A stretch of DNA of 64,000 nt from Mustelus asterias (lineage: Eukaryota), in NCBI RefSeq assembly GCF_964213995.1, contig NW_027590162.1:1-64000 (forward strand), in the 5' to 3' direction. The notes beneath the pieces were generated by a model. The model saw only the letters and a program-made list of their open reading frames with translations. It searched no databases and was not told the origin of the DNA. Positions 40,189 through 52,985 of this stretch are shown one piece after another (within the stretch, counting starts at the first letter, position 1; every line of letters starts with the position of its first letter). The translations under genes were made by a program, and so were the position numbers.

Positions 40189-40545
40189 GAGGAGGTAATG
40201 GTGTAGTGGTATTGTCACTGGATGAGTGACCCAGAGGTCCAGTGCAATTCAATGGGAACTGATTATCACCTCAGCACAGTGTGCAATTTGAGCTCAATTA
40301 AAATCTGGAATTAAAGGTCTAATGATGGCCATGTTGTAAAAACCCATTTGGTTCACTGATACCCCTTTAGGAAACGAAATCCACCCACATTACCTGTTCT
40401 GGCCTACCTGTGACTCCAGACCCACAGTATGTTTTTGACTCTTTAATGCCGCCTGAACTGGCCTAACAAGCCACTCAGTTCAAGGGAAATTAGTGCAATA
40501 AATGCTGGCCAAGCCAGTGATGAACACATCACATGAATGAAAACA
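40189..40545 (+). mobile_element. tRNA-derived SINE with L2-like tail (SacSINE1/DeuSINE-like)
   Basis: A-box head TGGTGTAGTGG, central GTTGTAAAAACCCA..TGGTTCACT domain, tail shared with 18330-18460. Confidence 0.6.
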
Positions 40546-40929
40546 ATTCTCTGCGCCCCAGAAAGCGCTCTATCCAACACACTGACTTGCCCAGGCACTG
40601 AGAGTGGGCACGCTCCCCAGGGGCACCCGCGGGGCAATCGGTGCTGGAACTTTCCCCACTGCCATTTCTCTCCCATTCCACCAAGCTGCCTGTGTCCTTT
40701 TGAAGTTTCCCACTTTCCTCCTCACAGTTGCCAATGCCTCCAAGTTTGCTGGCGTGTGGAAATGTTGAGCTTGTGGCCTGTACACCAAGGTGTGTGTCAT
40801 TAATATATATCAGGAAGAGCAGGGCTCCGAACACCGAGCCCTGGGGAACTCCACTGGAAACCTTCCTCCAGTCTGAGAAACAACCATTAAGCACTGCTCT
40901 CTGTTTCCTCTCACTCACACTGTTCCATA

Positions 40930-41170
40930 TGGGGCGGTGAGGATGGCCTCGCTGCACCATCCGCTTCATGGTGCCGTGCTCTCGCCGCCGGGCGCCTCTG
41001 CTCCGGCCTCTGACTCGGAATTACTGCGTCCACGCGCGACGCCGCTGAACTTCCGGGAAGCGCACCGCGCATGCTCCGCGCAGACTTTCGGTATCCGAGG
41101 ACGCGGCCGAACGGCAGCTGCGCCGTGCGGACCATTCTGAATGAGATAGACCGTATTCACCCGCGCGCTG
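40930..41170. promoter_or_regulatory. CpG-island-like segment with NRF1-like and ETS motifs
   Basis: Dense CpG; ACTTCCGG and CGCGCATGC adjacent near 41050-41075. Confidence 0.45.
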
Positions 41171-41185
41171 TATCCTGGGTTAATT

Positions 41186-41768
41186 ATGATGTTGAAATGC
41201 CGGCGTTGGACTGGGGTAAACACAGTAAGAGTTTTAACAACACCGGGTTAAAGTCCAACAGGTTTATTTGGTCACAAATGCCATTAGCTTTCGGAGCGCT
41301 GAAAGCTAATGGTATTTGCTGCCAAATAAACCTGTTGGACTCTAACCTGGTGTTATTAAAACTCTTCCTGGGTTAGTTACACAGGTTAGTTGCACTGATA
41401 GCCAAGTTCCGCACACATGAGGATGGCCTAAACCGGGATGTTGGATTTATGTCACATTATCAGTAACCCCCACAGCTTGCCCCTGGTCTTACATAATCTC
41501 ACCAGCTGTTCTGTCTGGAGACAATACACATCTCATTAACCTGTGTTAAATGTTCCCTCCAACCACATTATCTGTACCTTTTAAGACCTGGCTGGCTGTA
41601 GAGATTTGCATTCTAATTAGTATTCTGGAACTTGATTTCTGTGTCTGTGCACTGTTGGAGAGCAGAGACCACACCATCTGACGAAGGAGCAGCAAGCTCC
41701 GAAAGCTTATGGTATTTGCTACCAAATAAACCTGTTGGACTTTAACCTGGTGTTGTGAGACTTCTTAC
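41186..41768. mobile_element. Two adjacent Penelope-like insertions
   Basis: Hairpin mini-element 41186-41366; direct 3' fragment about 41394-41768 (ORF end + pLTR) with 13-bp TSD TTAGTTACACAGG at 41373-41385 and 41769-41781. Confidence 0.85.
41673..41713 (+). ncRNA. Minimal hammerhead ribozyme motif
   Basis: ACCAT-CTGACGA-A-GGAGC AGCAA GCTCC-GAA-AGCT-T-ATGGT. Confidence 0.7.
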
Positions 41769-43449
41769 TTAGTTACACAGGCCACCATTACATTGAATAA
41801 AACAGCACAAGGAATTAAATTTAAACCCATCAGCATTCCGAAAGAGATTTCCTCTCCCTTTCGTGCAATACTTCCTCTTATCTAAAATACAGCCTCAAAA
41901 TGTATTCCTATCCTTATTTGTCCAATGACATTTTGAATTTACTTTTCATTCTAGGCATTACAGGCACCATATTCAAGATCACAGCAATTTGCTGCCCAAT
42001 GTAACGACAACTGTGTTCCCTGACGGTTTTCTTTGTTCTTTTATATCATTCACAATGAACCCGTGCCAGTGGTTCACAGAAACATTTTCTTTCAATTTAC
42101 TCCATTGAAACTGATCACGATTTTACTCACCTCTCTGAAAACTCATCTCAACCTTAGTACTGACTTCAAACGGTATGAATGCAGGAAGTATGAATTTAGT
42201 TTCGAAGTTCTGTAATTACATAACAAGTGAGCTGCTGCAGAGACAAACAGTTAATAGCAAATATTTCAGATCAACATCTGCCCATCAGAACTGTCTGAAG
42301 TTAGAAATGTAATACATTACAGGCAAATGGAGAGGAGAGGGGCTCATGTGAAAAAGAACGAAATGGAATATCTGTGACATGCACAGATGCATTAAATAAT
42401 AAGAATTAGTTACACAGTGAAAGGGATAATCACCAGATACATAAAGTAAGAAAAATCTGAATGGAGGAGAGGTGCTCTGAACACCAGGAAAGACCCAGGA
42501 CAGAATGATCCATGTGAGAGTGAGATGCAGAATGAAAATGGCAGGTGACTAGAAACTTTTAGCAGAAATTCAATCATCATTGTGAACTGATTGGAAATGT
42601 TCAAAGTGTGGGACATGGGAGCGACACACTTGAGAACCCTGCCAACCACACAGCGGTGAGAGGATTGGTTGAGGAAAGGGAAGAACTATCAGAAGTTCCT
42701 GAATGGAAGGCCGCATTATCTTTCCTCACAGTTCAGTGTCTACATGCAGGAGAATTAGCTTTTGCAACATTATATTTTTTCTAAAATTTCACTGCTAATG
42801 ATGTGCTCTGCATTGGTAGATTGAATGACTGCTTTGTGGAACATCTCCCATCAGTCCAGAAGCATGATTCAGATCCAATCCTGAACGAGAATCCCAAACC
42901 TAAATAAAGTAAACTAGGAAGTTATGAGAGGTGAGTTTGCTAAAATAGATTACGGATCAATAGATTCATAAAATGGCATAACGGTCGATAGGAAATGGCT
43001 AATATTTAATGTTTAATATTTAAGGCATAGTTGTATGTAATGAAAGAGTTATACATTCCTTTCTGGCACGTAAACATAACTGGAAAGTGGCCCAATCATG
43101 GCTTACAAAATAATTAAATAGTATTGGATCCAAAGAAGAATATGAGATTATAAAAGCGTGGAGCATCAGTCGGCCATTTGTCACCTCGAGCCTGCACCGC
43201 CATTCAACAAGATCATGGCTGATCTCTTCATGAACACTTTGCACAAATGATCAGTCGGTCCATTCTCCTTTGTCTGTGCCTCCTGTCAGTCTCTTGCTGC
43301 TTTTATGTGTGTTCCATTCTTGGTGTGTTAAGCATGGAATTGTGCCGCCAGGCGGAGCTGCCTCATTTTCTGACATTAAACAGCAATGCAACAGTGACAT
43401 TTTGTCCTACTACAGCTCAACAATAATAAGCAGGAAGCTGTTAGCTTAT

Positions 43450-43521
43450 AGCAGAGTGGCGCAGCGGAAGCGTGCTGGGCCCATAACCCAGAGGTCGATG
43501 GATCGAAACCATTCTCTGCTA
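43450..43521 (+). tRNA. Initiator tRNA-Met(CAT)
   Basis: AGCAGAGTGGCGCAGCGGAAGCGTGCTGGGCC-CAT-AACCCAGAGGTCGATGGATCGAAACCATTCTCTGCTA; A1-T72, A54; T5 terminator. Confidence 0.95.
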
Positions 43522-43673
43522 TTCACTTTTTCAGGAGCAATTTGAAAAAAAACATATTTTGCAGTTCCCCACAAGTGTCTCTTCTATTTCTTTGCAGGAA
43601 ACAGTTATTTTCATCAACTCTCGCTTGCAATAAACAATTTGATCTGCAACAAGCTCACTGCTGTAAATGCTAC

Positions 43674-44150
43674 ATGATGTGGAGGTGCCGGCGTTGGACT
43701 GGAGTAAACACAGTAAGAAGTTTAACAACACCAGGTTAAAGTCCAACAGGTTTATTTGGTAGCAAAAGCCACACAAGCTATGAGCAGAAACTGATAGCCA
43801 AGTTCCGCACACACGAGGACGGCCTCAACCGGGATATTGGGTTCATGGCACACTATTTGTAACCCCCACAGAGTTTCACTGGCTGTCTTGTCTGGAGACT
43901 ATACACATCTTTTTAGCCTGTCTTGATGCTCTCTCCACTCATGCTGTTTTGTTTCTTAAAGACTTGATTCGTTGTAAGTATTCGCATTCCAACCATTATT
44001 CATGTAAATTGAGTTTGTGTCTTTATATGCTCTGTTTGTGAACAGAATTCCCACTCACCTGAAGAAGGGGCTTGCAGCTCCGAAAGCTTGTGTGGCATTT
44101 GCTACCAAATAAACCTGTTGGACTTTAACCTGATGTTGTTAAACTTCTTA
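43674..44150. mobile_element. Penelope-like element, 5'-truncated with inverted pLTR
   Basis: 13-bp TSD CTGTAAATGCTAC at 43661-43673 and 44151-44163; ORF end EQKLIAKFRTHEDGLNRD; hammerhead motif 44056-44092. Confidence 0.88.
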
Positions 44151-44221
44151 CTGTAAATGCTACAAACAGCTTTCCCACTTTCCTCAGGGCCGTTCTGACA
44201 GTCAAATGACCTTTAAATCAG

Positions 44222-44440
44222 AGAATCCCTACAGTGCTGAAGGAGACCATTTGGCCCATTGAAACTGCACTGACTCTCCGACAGAGCATCCCATCCATGT
44301 CCTATAGCCAGAGCCCCACGCACCCACCCCGCTAATCTACCTAACCTTCACTTTTTAACCACACAAAGGGCAATCTAGAATGACCAATCCACCCAACCTG
44401 CACATCTTTGGACTGTGGAAGGAAGCCGGAGTACCCGGTT
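44222..44440 (-). mobile_element. V-SINE 3' part
   Basis: GAATCCCTACAGTGC tail and V-domain remnants. Confidence 0.7.
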
Positions 44441-44454
44441 TCCAGATGTAACTT

Positions 44455-45025
44455 GCCTGGGTGAATGTCGCTCCAACAACACTAGACGTTTGACACTATC
44501 CAGTACAAAGCATCTGACTTAATTCATTTCCCATCCACAAAGAGTCACTCCCTGCACCATAAGTTGAAGTTAAAGAGTATTTATTAGTCACAATAAGGCT
44601 TACGTTACCATTGACAGACAGGGTCAGCAGTGCACACCATCTACAAGATGCATTGCCAGAATTCACAAAGGTATATTTGACAGAACTTTCCAAACCCACC
44701 ATGACTACAGCCGAGAAGGAAAAGGAAAAGCAGATGCATCAGAACAACATCACCTGGAAATCTTCCTCCAAGCCACTCATCATCAGGGCTTGGAAATATA
44801 TCGCCATTCCTTCAGTGTCAGTAGGTCAGAGTCCAGGAACTTCCCACTCTCCAACATCCCCCCCCAAAAAAAGAAAACGCACTGTGGGTGTACCTATATG
44901 GCATTGGCAGCAGCAGTTGAAGATTGCAGTTCAGCACCGCCTCCCCCAGGCGAATTATGGGTGGCAATAAATCCTGGCCGAGCCACTGATGCCCTCATCC
45001 CATGAATGGATAAAGTAAAAAAAAA
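44455..45025 (+). mobile_element. Old L2-like LINE 3' fragment
   Basis: Same tail as 18330-18460; degenerate ORF remnants. Confidence 0.5.
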
Positions 45026-45146
45026 CAACTGATCAAAAAGGTTCCTCCTCACCTCTGCCTTAAAGGAGAGGTCACATCTTTCAAAAAAAAACTCTGCTCT
45101 TCTGGTCACATTTTCAGTGTAATTCTGAGCACAATCAGGATTATTT

Positions 45147-48019
45147 CAAAGAACAAAGAACAAAGAACAGTACAGCACAGGAAACAGGCCCTTCGGCCCT
45201 CCAAGCCTGTGCCGCTCCTTGGTCCAACTGGACCAATCATTTGTATCCCTCCATTCCCAGGCTGCTCATGTGACTATCCAGGTAAGTCTTAAACGATGTC
45301 AGCGTGCCTGCCTCCACCACCCTACTTGGCAGCGCATTCCAGGCCCCCACCACTCTCTGTGTAAAAAACGTCCCTCTGATATCTGAGTTATACTTCGCCC
45401 CTCTCACCTTGAGCCCGTGATCTCTCGTGATCGTCACCTCCGACCTGGGAAAAAGCTTCCCACTGTTCACCCTATCTATACCCTTCATAATGTTGTACAC
45501 CTCTATCAGATCTCCCCTCATTCTCCGTCTTTCCAAGGAGAACAACCCCAGTCTACTCAATCTCTCCTCATAGCTAAGACCCTCCATACCAGGCAACATC
45601 CTGGTAAACCTTCTCTGCACTCTCTCTAACGCCTCCACCTCCTTCTGGCAGTGCGGCGACCAGAACTGGACGCAGTACTCCAAATGTAGCCTAACCAGCG
45701 TTCTATACAGCTACATCATCAGACTCCAGCTTTTATACTCTATACCCCGTCCGATAAAGGCAAGCATACCATATGCCTTCTTCACCGCCTTCTCCACCTG
45801 TGTTGCCACCTTCAAGGACTTGTGGACTTGCACACCTAGGTCCCTCTGTGTTTCTATACTCCTGATGACTCTGCCATTTATTGTATAACTCCTCCCTACA
45901 TTATTTCTTCCAAAATGCATCACTTCGCATTTATCCGGATTAAACTCCATCTGCCACCTCTCCGCCCAATTTTCCAGCCTATCTATATCCTGCTGTATTG
46001 CCCGACATGCTCTTCGCTATCCGCAAGTCCAGCCATCTTCGTGTCATCCGCAAACTTGCTGATTACACCAGTTACACCTTCTTCCAAATCATTTATATAT
46101 ATCACAAATAGCAGAGGTCCCAGTACAGAGCCCTGCGGAACACCACTGGTCACAGACCTCCAGCCGGAAAAAGACCCTTCGACCACTACCCTCTGTCTCC
46201 TATGGCCAAGCCAGTTCTCCACCCATCTCGCCACTTCTCCTTGTATCCCATGAGCCATAACCTTCTTAACCAACCTGCCATGTGGGACTTTGTCAAATGC
46301 CTTACTGAAATCCATATAGACGACATCCATGGCCCTTCCTTCATCAACCGTTTTTGTCACTTCCTCAAAAAACTCCACCAAATTTGTAAGGCACGACCTC
46401 CCTCTTACAAAACCATGCTGTCTGTCACTAATGAGATTGTTCCGTTCTAAATGCACATACATCCTGTCTCTAAGAATCCTCTCCAACAACGTCCCTCCCA
46501 TGGACGTCAAGCTCACCGGCCTATAATTTCCTGGGTTATCCCTGCTACCCTTCTTAAACAACGGGACCACATTCGCTATCCTCCAATCCTCAGGGACCTC
46601 ACCCGTGTCCAAAGAAGCGACAAAGATTTCCGTCAGAGGCCCAGCAATTTCATCTCTCATCTCCCTGAGAAGTCGAGGATAGATGCCATCAGGCCCTGGG
46701 GCTTTGTCAGTTTTAATGTTCCCTAAAAAACCTAACACTTCCTCTCTTTTAATGGAGATTTTCTCTAACGGGTCAACACCTCCCTCCGAGACACTCCCGG
46801 TTAACACGCCCCTCTCCTTCGTGAATACCGATGCAAAGTATTCATTTAGGATCTCCCCTATTCCCTTGGGTTCTAAGCATAATTCCCCTCCTTTGTTCCT
46901 GAGAGGTCCGATTTTCACCCTGACAACTCTTTTGTTCCTAACGTATGAATAGAATGCCTTAGGATTCTCCTTAATCCTGCCTGCCAAGAACATCTCGTGA
47001 CCTCTTTTTGCCCTTCTAACTCCCCGTTTGAGTTCTTTCCTACTCTCTCTGTATTCCTCCAGAGCTCCATCTGTTTTCAATTGCCTGTACTTAACGTACG
47101 CCTCCCTTTTCATTTTAATCAGATCCTCAATTTCCCTGGTTATCCACGGCTCTCGAATCCTACCTTTCCTATCTTTCCTTTTTACAGGCACATGCCTATC
47201 CTGCAGCCTTATCAATAGTTCCTTAAAAGACTCCCACATGCCAGATGCGGACTTACCCTCGAACATCCTCTCCCAATCAACATCCACCAATTCCTGCCTA
47301 ATCCGGCTATAGTCAGCCTTCCCCCAATTTAGCACCCTGCCCGTAGGACAGCACTCATCCTTGTCCATTACTATCCTAAAGTTAACAGAGTTGTGGTCAC
47401 TATTTGCCACATGTTCCCCGACCGAAACTTTGACGACCTGACCGGGCTCATTTCCCAGAACTAGGTCCAGTATAGCCCCCTCTCTAGTCGGGCTATCTAC
47501 ATACTGTTCCAAAGAACCTTCCAGTACGCATTTTACAAATTCCTCGCCGTCCGGACCCCCTGCTCTAAGCACTTTCCAGTCTGTGCCAGGGAAATTAAAG
47601 TCCCCCACTACAACAACCCTATTTTTTCCGCACCTATCCAGAATCTCCTGACATATCCTTTCCTCCACTTCCCGTGGGCTGTTGGGTGGTCTGTAGTACA
47701 ACCCCAGCATAGTGACTGCACCCTTCCTGTTTCTGAGTTCCACCCACAGCGACTCAGTACATGACCCCTCTAAGTTGTCTACCCTCTGCACCACGGTAAT
47801 ATGCTCCTTAACTAATATCGCTACTCCCCCACCTTTTTTAGCCCCTCCTCTGTCTCGCCTAAAAACACTTATACCCCGGAATATTCAGCTGCCAGTCCTG
47901 TCCTTCTTTTAACCAAGTTTCCGTCACCGCAACCACATCCAAATTCCGCATAAGCATTAAGGCCCTAAGTTCGTCTGTTTTACCCGTTATGCTCCTCGGA
48001 TTGAAGCAGATGCACTCCA
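45147..48019 (-). mobile_element. Relatively young CR1 LINE ORF2 (APE endonuclease + RT), few disruptions
   Basis: ORF 45983..47794 (603 aa: [38 protein letters not shown]) plus 45711..45950 and 45237..45683; CAAAGAA tail. Confidence 0.93.
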
Positions 48020-48065
48020 CTTTCGTATGTGTTGCCCCATTGCAGAATCACATTGTGCAGCAGCG

Positions 48066-48262
48066 ATCAAAAGAGAAAATGCTGGAGAATCTCAGCAGGT
48101 CTGGCAGCATCTGTATGGAGAGAAAAGAGCTGACGTTTCAATTCCAGACGACCCTTTGTCGAAGACCTTTGTCATCTTACAGATGCTGCCAGACCTGCTG
48201 AGATTTTCCAGAATTTTCTCTTTTGATTTCAGATTCCAGCATCCACAGTCATTTGCTTTTAT
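48066..48262. mobile_element. Inverted-repeat mini-element with one-sided tail (second PLE-like family)
   Basis: About 45-bp inverted arms (ATCAAAAGAGAAAATGCTGG...CAGCATCTGTA); related fragments at 4635-4735, 21005-21100, 40030-40120. Confidence 0.55.
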
Positions 48263-49711
48263 TTGTGCAGTAGCAACCTGCCTGGTGATGTGTATGGTAG
48301 GATTTGTCGTCATGATCCACCATATCCCCGTAGGTATGGGCTGCCCAAGACACACAATCAGTGTTGGAATCAATTCACATGTTTCAGTCTCTGGTTCCAT
48401 TCTGTATCTGAATTTGTCTGGTGTTATTTCTGAAGGTGCCAGTTATATATATCTGGCAGACACTTATAAAGTGTGTGAGTGTCGGATCATTCTAGACCTG
48501 TCAATGGCCTCTATATCTGTGAGCATTTTATATAAGTGTGGCAAATATCAGTAATTTTAAATCCCCTGCTGCTGTTTATGGAACATATGCTTTAATTCCC
48601 CTGGTACTGTTTGCAGAACATCAGCTTCATGCTGTTCCTGTCAGTGGAATTAATCATGTATGTAAATCTATGGTGCTGTTTAAAATTGTGTGTCTCATTT
48701 GGGATTTTTCCCTCACGTCTCTCTCTATCTAATCTTCCATTTGTTTCCGTTACTCTGTGTGAGCCTTTGGTTGTTTCCAAATCACTCAGTGATACAATTG
48801 GTGTGTGTGTGATTGATTTCATATCACTCAGACTCAGCTCCTGTGAGTGAGTGCAGTAAACAGCCTGTACTTTTCAGCTGTTGATGCTGAACATGTGATT
48901 CAGAACTATTCTCTTATTTATCAGTCTTTGGTATTCAGTGTGAACATGGGACTAATTAAATAACCTTCAATCTTTGGGACAAGTTATCTATTTGGATTAA
49001 TTCCAAATAACTTTCCAACACAGAAATAGGCCACTGATGCAGTCGGTTTGAAGCAAATAATGTGAGTGAGTTTCGGCCCAGCAATAAATCTCTGATACTG
49101 TGAACACAATTGTGAAAGATAATGTATCCTTCAATCTGATACTGGATTGCTATGCAAGTTTCACTCAGATTGTTCACATTGATTTGATCTGTGACAGTCT
49201 GATTCTGAGTAAGAATTTTGACATGAGTGTAAAATGGAGCTCAGTCTGGAATTGGTACAGTGTCTTCCATCCGGCTCAGTGTGAGTGAGGATTAGTTTAT
49301 AATTTATGGTTCAGTTCATAGTCATCAAACTGATATTGTAACTTTTAGTTTCATAATCTGGGTGAGTTTTCAACTGGAACCTGAGTTTGTATCTCAGGTC
49401 ATACTCGCTTTCAGAATATCTCAATCTGAGATTGTCCTTCAGATTTGTATCTAATGTATTTGTGAGAACTCACCATGGCGATTAGTACTGCCAGTTCCAA
49501 ACCCCTGATGTGGGTGATATGACTGGTATTTAACTGGAATCTCAAAGTACATTATTAAGGTTAATTGTGTAACATTTACCCAAAAAACCATTTTACGGTT
49601 TTATCAGATACTTAATTTGGAGCTCAGGCTGCTCTATTGTGGGATTGACACAGTGATGATCTGATAATGGTTTGGACTGGGATTTATGGATCACCCTTTC
49701 AGCGGTATTGA

Positions 49712-49848
49712 GATTTATTTGATTTCTTATTGTGACAAGAAATAATTACTATGCTGTGAAAACTCTGGTTTCTTGCGCACTCTACAGACCGAGCATACCG
49801 TTCGCAGAGTATATAGGGGAGAAGGAAAGGGTGCAGAACGTAGTGTTA
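49712..49848 (-). mobile_element. Rex1/Babar LINE extreme 3' end (about 137 bp)
   Basis: Matches 30695-30828 and the reverse complement of 36540-36656. Confidence 0.8.
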
Positions 49849-49858
49849 AAAATCCTTC

Positions 49859-49941
49859 TACCAGGAGTGGGGTTCGAACCCACGCGGACATATGTCCATT
49901 GGATCTTAAGTCCAACGCCTTAACCACTCGGCCATCCTGGT
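49859..49941 (-). tRNA. tRNA-Leu(TAA)
   Basis: ACCAGGATGGCCGAGTGGTTAAGGCGTTGGACT-TAA-GATCCAATGGACATATGTCCGCGTGGGTTCGAACCCCACTCCTGGTA; trailer GAAGGATTTTT. Confidence 0.95.
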
Positions 49942-50618
49942 ACGAAAACTAGATGTGATTGGGACACATTCCTGCTGTTTGATTGCTGGATTGAAAATGT
50001 GCCTTTGGAATCATTTCTGTTCTCGGAGACTGTGGAATTGTGAGAAGGAGCTGGGACATTCTTCCCTGTAACTCCTGTGGAGGAAATATCTGGTTTCTTC
50101 AAATATTTATCTGTGGAAACAAAGTACATTTAATATCTCAAATACAGATTCCGTCAGTTTAATCTCTATTAATAACCAGTGTGAGCGGTTTGTGAGGCTG
50201 CAGCCAGACTCCAGCTCTGATTGGTCACTCTCATGTCAATCCAATTCTTCACCAATCGGAGAGCAAGGGAGAAGAAATGGGAGGTTTTGATTGGTTCACA
50301 TTTTCAAACTGGAAAAACCCGCCAATTTCAGTGCAGGAAAAATACAAAATAACGGAACGCCTGAATGTTCAGGAAACTATTTCAATCTCACACTTTATAA
50401 TCTGTTTATTGTATTTTCCCTCACAGAATCCTGGCGCTATTTTAGGAACAGTTTGAATTTCTCAATCTCTTATCTGTAACCCGCGGTAATCAGACCCCGT
50501 TCAGCAATTTAAAACGGAGCAAATCTCACCTCAGTGGAAAAGCAGAAACATAGAGATCACCAACCAGCCCCTTCACACAGACTTCACAGGGACAGAGGGA
50601 AACGGCTGATTTCTGATC

Positions 50619-51226
50619 CTATCCCCTGAAAGCGGCCGGGAATGTTACAATGGAAGGTGTGGAGAGAATTCCTGACTCAATCCCCCCGGTGGAACAGGCA
50701 GCTTTGTGTCCTGAGAGTAGCGAGGGCAGGGGGGAGGCAGATCTTAAAGCGCTGCAATGGACTCAGGCGCTGCTTGTGCGCAGATCTCGCTGATTCCGTC
50801 CTCTGGGAAAACTGCGGAATAAACAGATCAGCCCGCGAATAACCTCTTCATTCCCGCCTTTACTCTGCTCCGGGAGCAGTGCCCAGATAACTCGAGTGAA
50901 AAAAAAAACCTTATTCTGAAACTGAATATAGTTATCATTAAATGTAAATAATTACGTCCTGATATTATGCTGGGCCTCATTGTCCGTCACAAATCCCAGA
51001 CTGGGTTTAAAATCTGCTCTCAGTTCAGTTTGATTGTTCCTTCAATCTGAGTGTGTGTGTGAGGGGCGGGTATGAAGTCCCATTCACAGCATTCCGGAAC
51101 GGGACAAATCTCTATCCTCCAGAAAGAGATTTCTCATTCACTCAATAAGGGAAAAGATGGCGCAGATTTTTCAGATTGTGGGTGGCTCTTAAAAGAGCCG
51201 TTGAGTTCGGGGTGCTTTTCAGCCAT
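50619..51226 (-). repeat. Inverted paralogue of H2B 3'UTR/flank (63361-64000) with orphan stem-loop at 51184-51199
   Basis: Collinear similarity; ORFs 50642..50842 and 63777..63977 are near-identical by-products. Confidence 0.88.
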
Positions 51227-51498
51227 CAATCTTTGATGCTGTTTCTCACTCTGGGGCAATTGTGTACCTGTATTTAAATAATTACCTCAGACATGGTGCT
51301 GGAAATGATATTTCCTACATATGTAAAATGTTCTCCAATAAATAGCATAAATTTACATGCATTAAAACACGTATGTCAATAATGTGCACAGGGCGAACTA
51401 CGGATTGATAAAGCAAAGCGAGAAACAGCTCTACTGTGAATAGCAGTCCAGTGTCTGACGGTTAGACAACAGATCACCCTTTTACAGATAAAGTGAGT

Positions 51499-51514
51499 GG
51501 CTCTGAAAAGAGCC
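51499..51514 (-). promoter_or_regulatory. Histone 3' stem-loop (H2A copy 2)
   Basis: GGCTCTTTTCAGAGCC ACTCA. Confidence 0.92.
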
Positions 51515-51523
51515 TTTGGGTTA

Positions 51524-51994
<471 letters not shown>

Positions 51995-52715
51995 TTATAG
52001 CTCCGGGAGGAATGGAGGTGCGGACATTGCTGATTGGTCACTTTGTTGCTACCTCTCAGCATCTTGTTCATATGGCCAATCAGAAATCTGCTTAACTCAC
52101 CAATCCGGAGAGCCCACGGAGTGAGGGCGGAAAATAACGGCGCCAAAATCTCAGATTCCAACCGATTTCATTTCAAACTGTAAAAGCCGCCAAAGCGGAA
52201 AAGAACAAGAGTTTCGGAAATTATTCTAATCGGTAATGGTGAATTCATTTTGAGGAATGTAAGAATCTCCCTTTCTCTCTTCCCCAGTCTATAGTTAACC
52301 TGTATCTGGCAGTCTCTGATTTTCAGTCTGGGTTTATCTGAAAACAAGCCGAAAATAAATTGTTCAACTTTGGAAAGTTCGCAGATATATTTCTCAAACA
52401 AGAAATACGGTTAATACCAAATCCCATCAATAATTAACTATCTATCAACAACGTTTTTAAAACATCAGTCTGTGTTTGCACAATTTCACATTTTATCCCA
52501 AGTTGCAGATTTGCTTTTCGAATGCGGGATACATCCGGGGCTAATCTCTTTTTCAAACTCTCGAACCAGCCGCCCGAAAGTTTCATTGACATCGTTCTGC
52601 AAACGGACGGGCTGTTCTCCATATTCGTCGAGACTGAGGGTTCCTGCACAACCGGGGCTTATAGGGAATAAACTGATCGATCATTGAGACCAAACTGGAA
52701 CAGAACTGGAAACTG

Positions 52716-52730
52716 AGGAGTTTGCACTCC

Positions 52731-52772
<42 letters not shown>

Positions 52773-52985
52773 CCCCCTGCCCCGAGTCCGCGTGGTTTTC
52801 CTGCGGGCACTCCGCTTTCTTCACACAGCCCAAAGATATGCGGGTTGGGTGGATTGGCTATGCTAAATTGCCCCAGTATGAGAGGGATATCAGGGTAAAT
52901 ATGTAGGGTTAGGGGGATGGGTGAGGGATTGTTGTAGGTGCAGACTCGATGGGCCAAATGGCCCCCTGTACTGCAGGGATTCTGA
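52716..52985 (+). mobile_element. V-SINE fragment with expanded poly-C (about 40 C)
   Basis: GGAGTTTGCAC.CC-(C)n then V-domain and tail. Confidence 0.7.

Noticed and set aside
52732-52771. 40-nt poly-C (and poly-G near 18276 and 61531) as functional G-quadruplex elements
   Set aside because: Homopolymer expansions, two inside repeats; lengths may be sequencing artefacts
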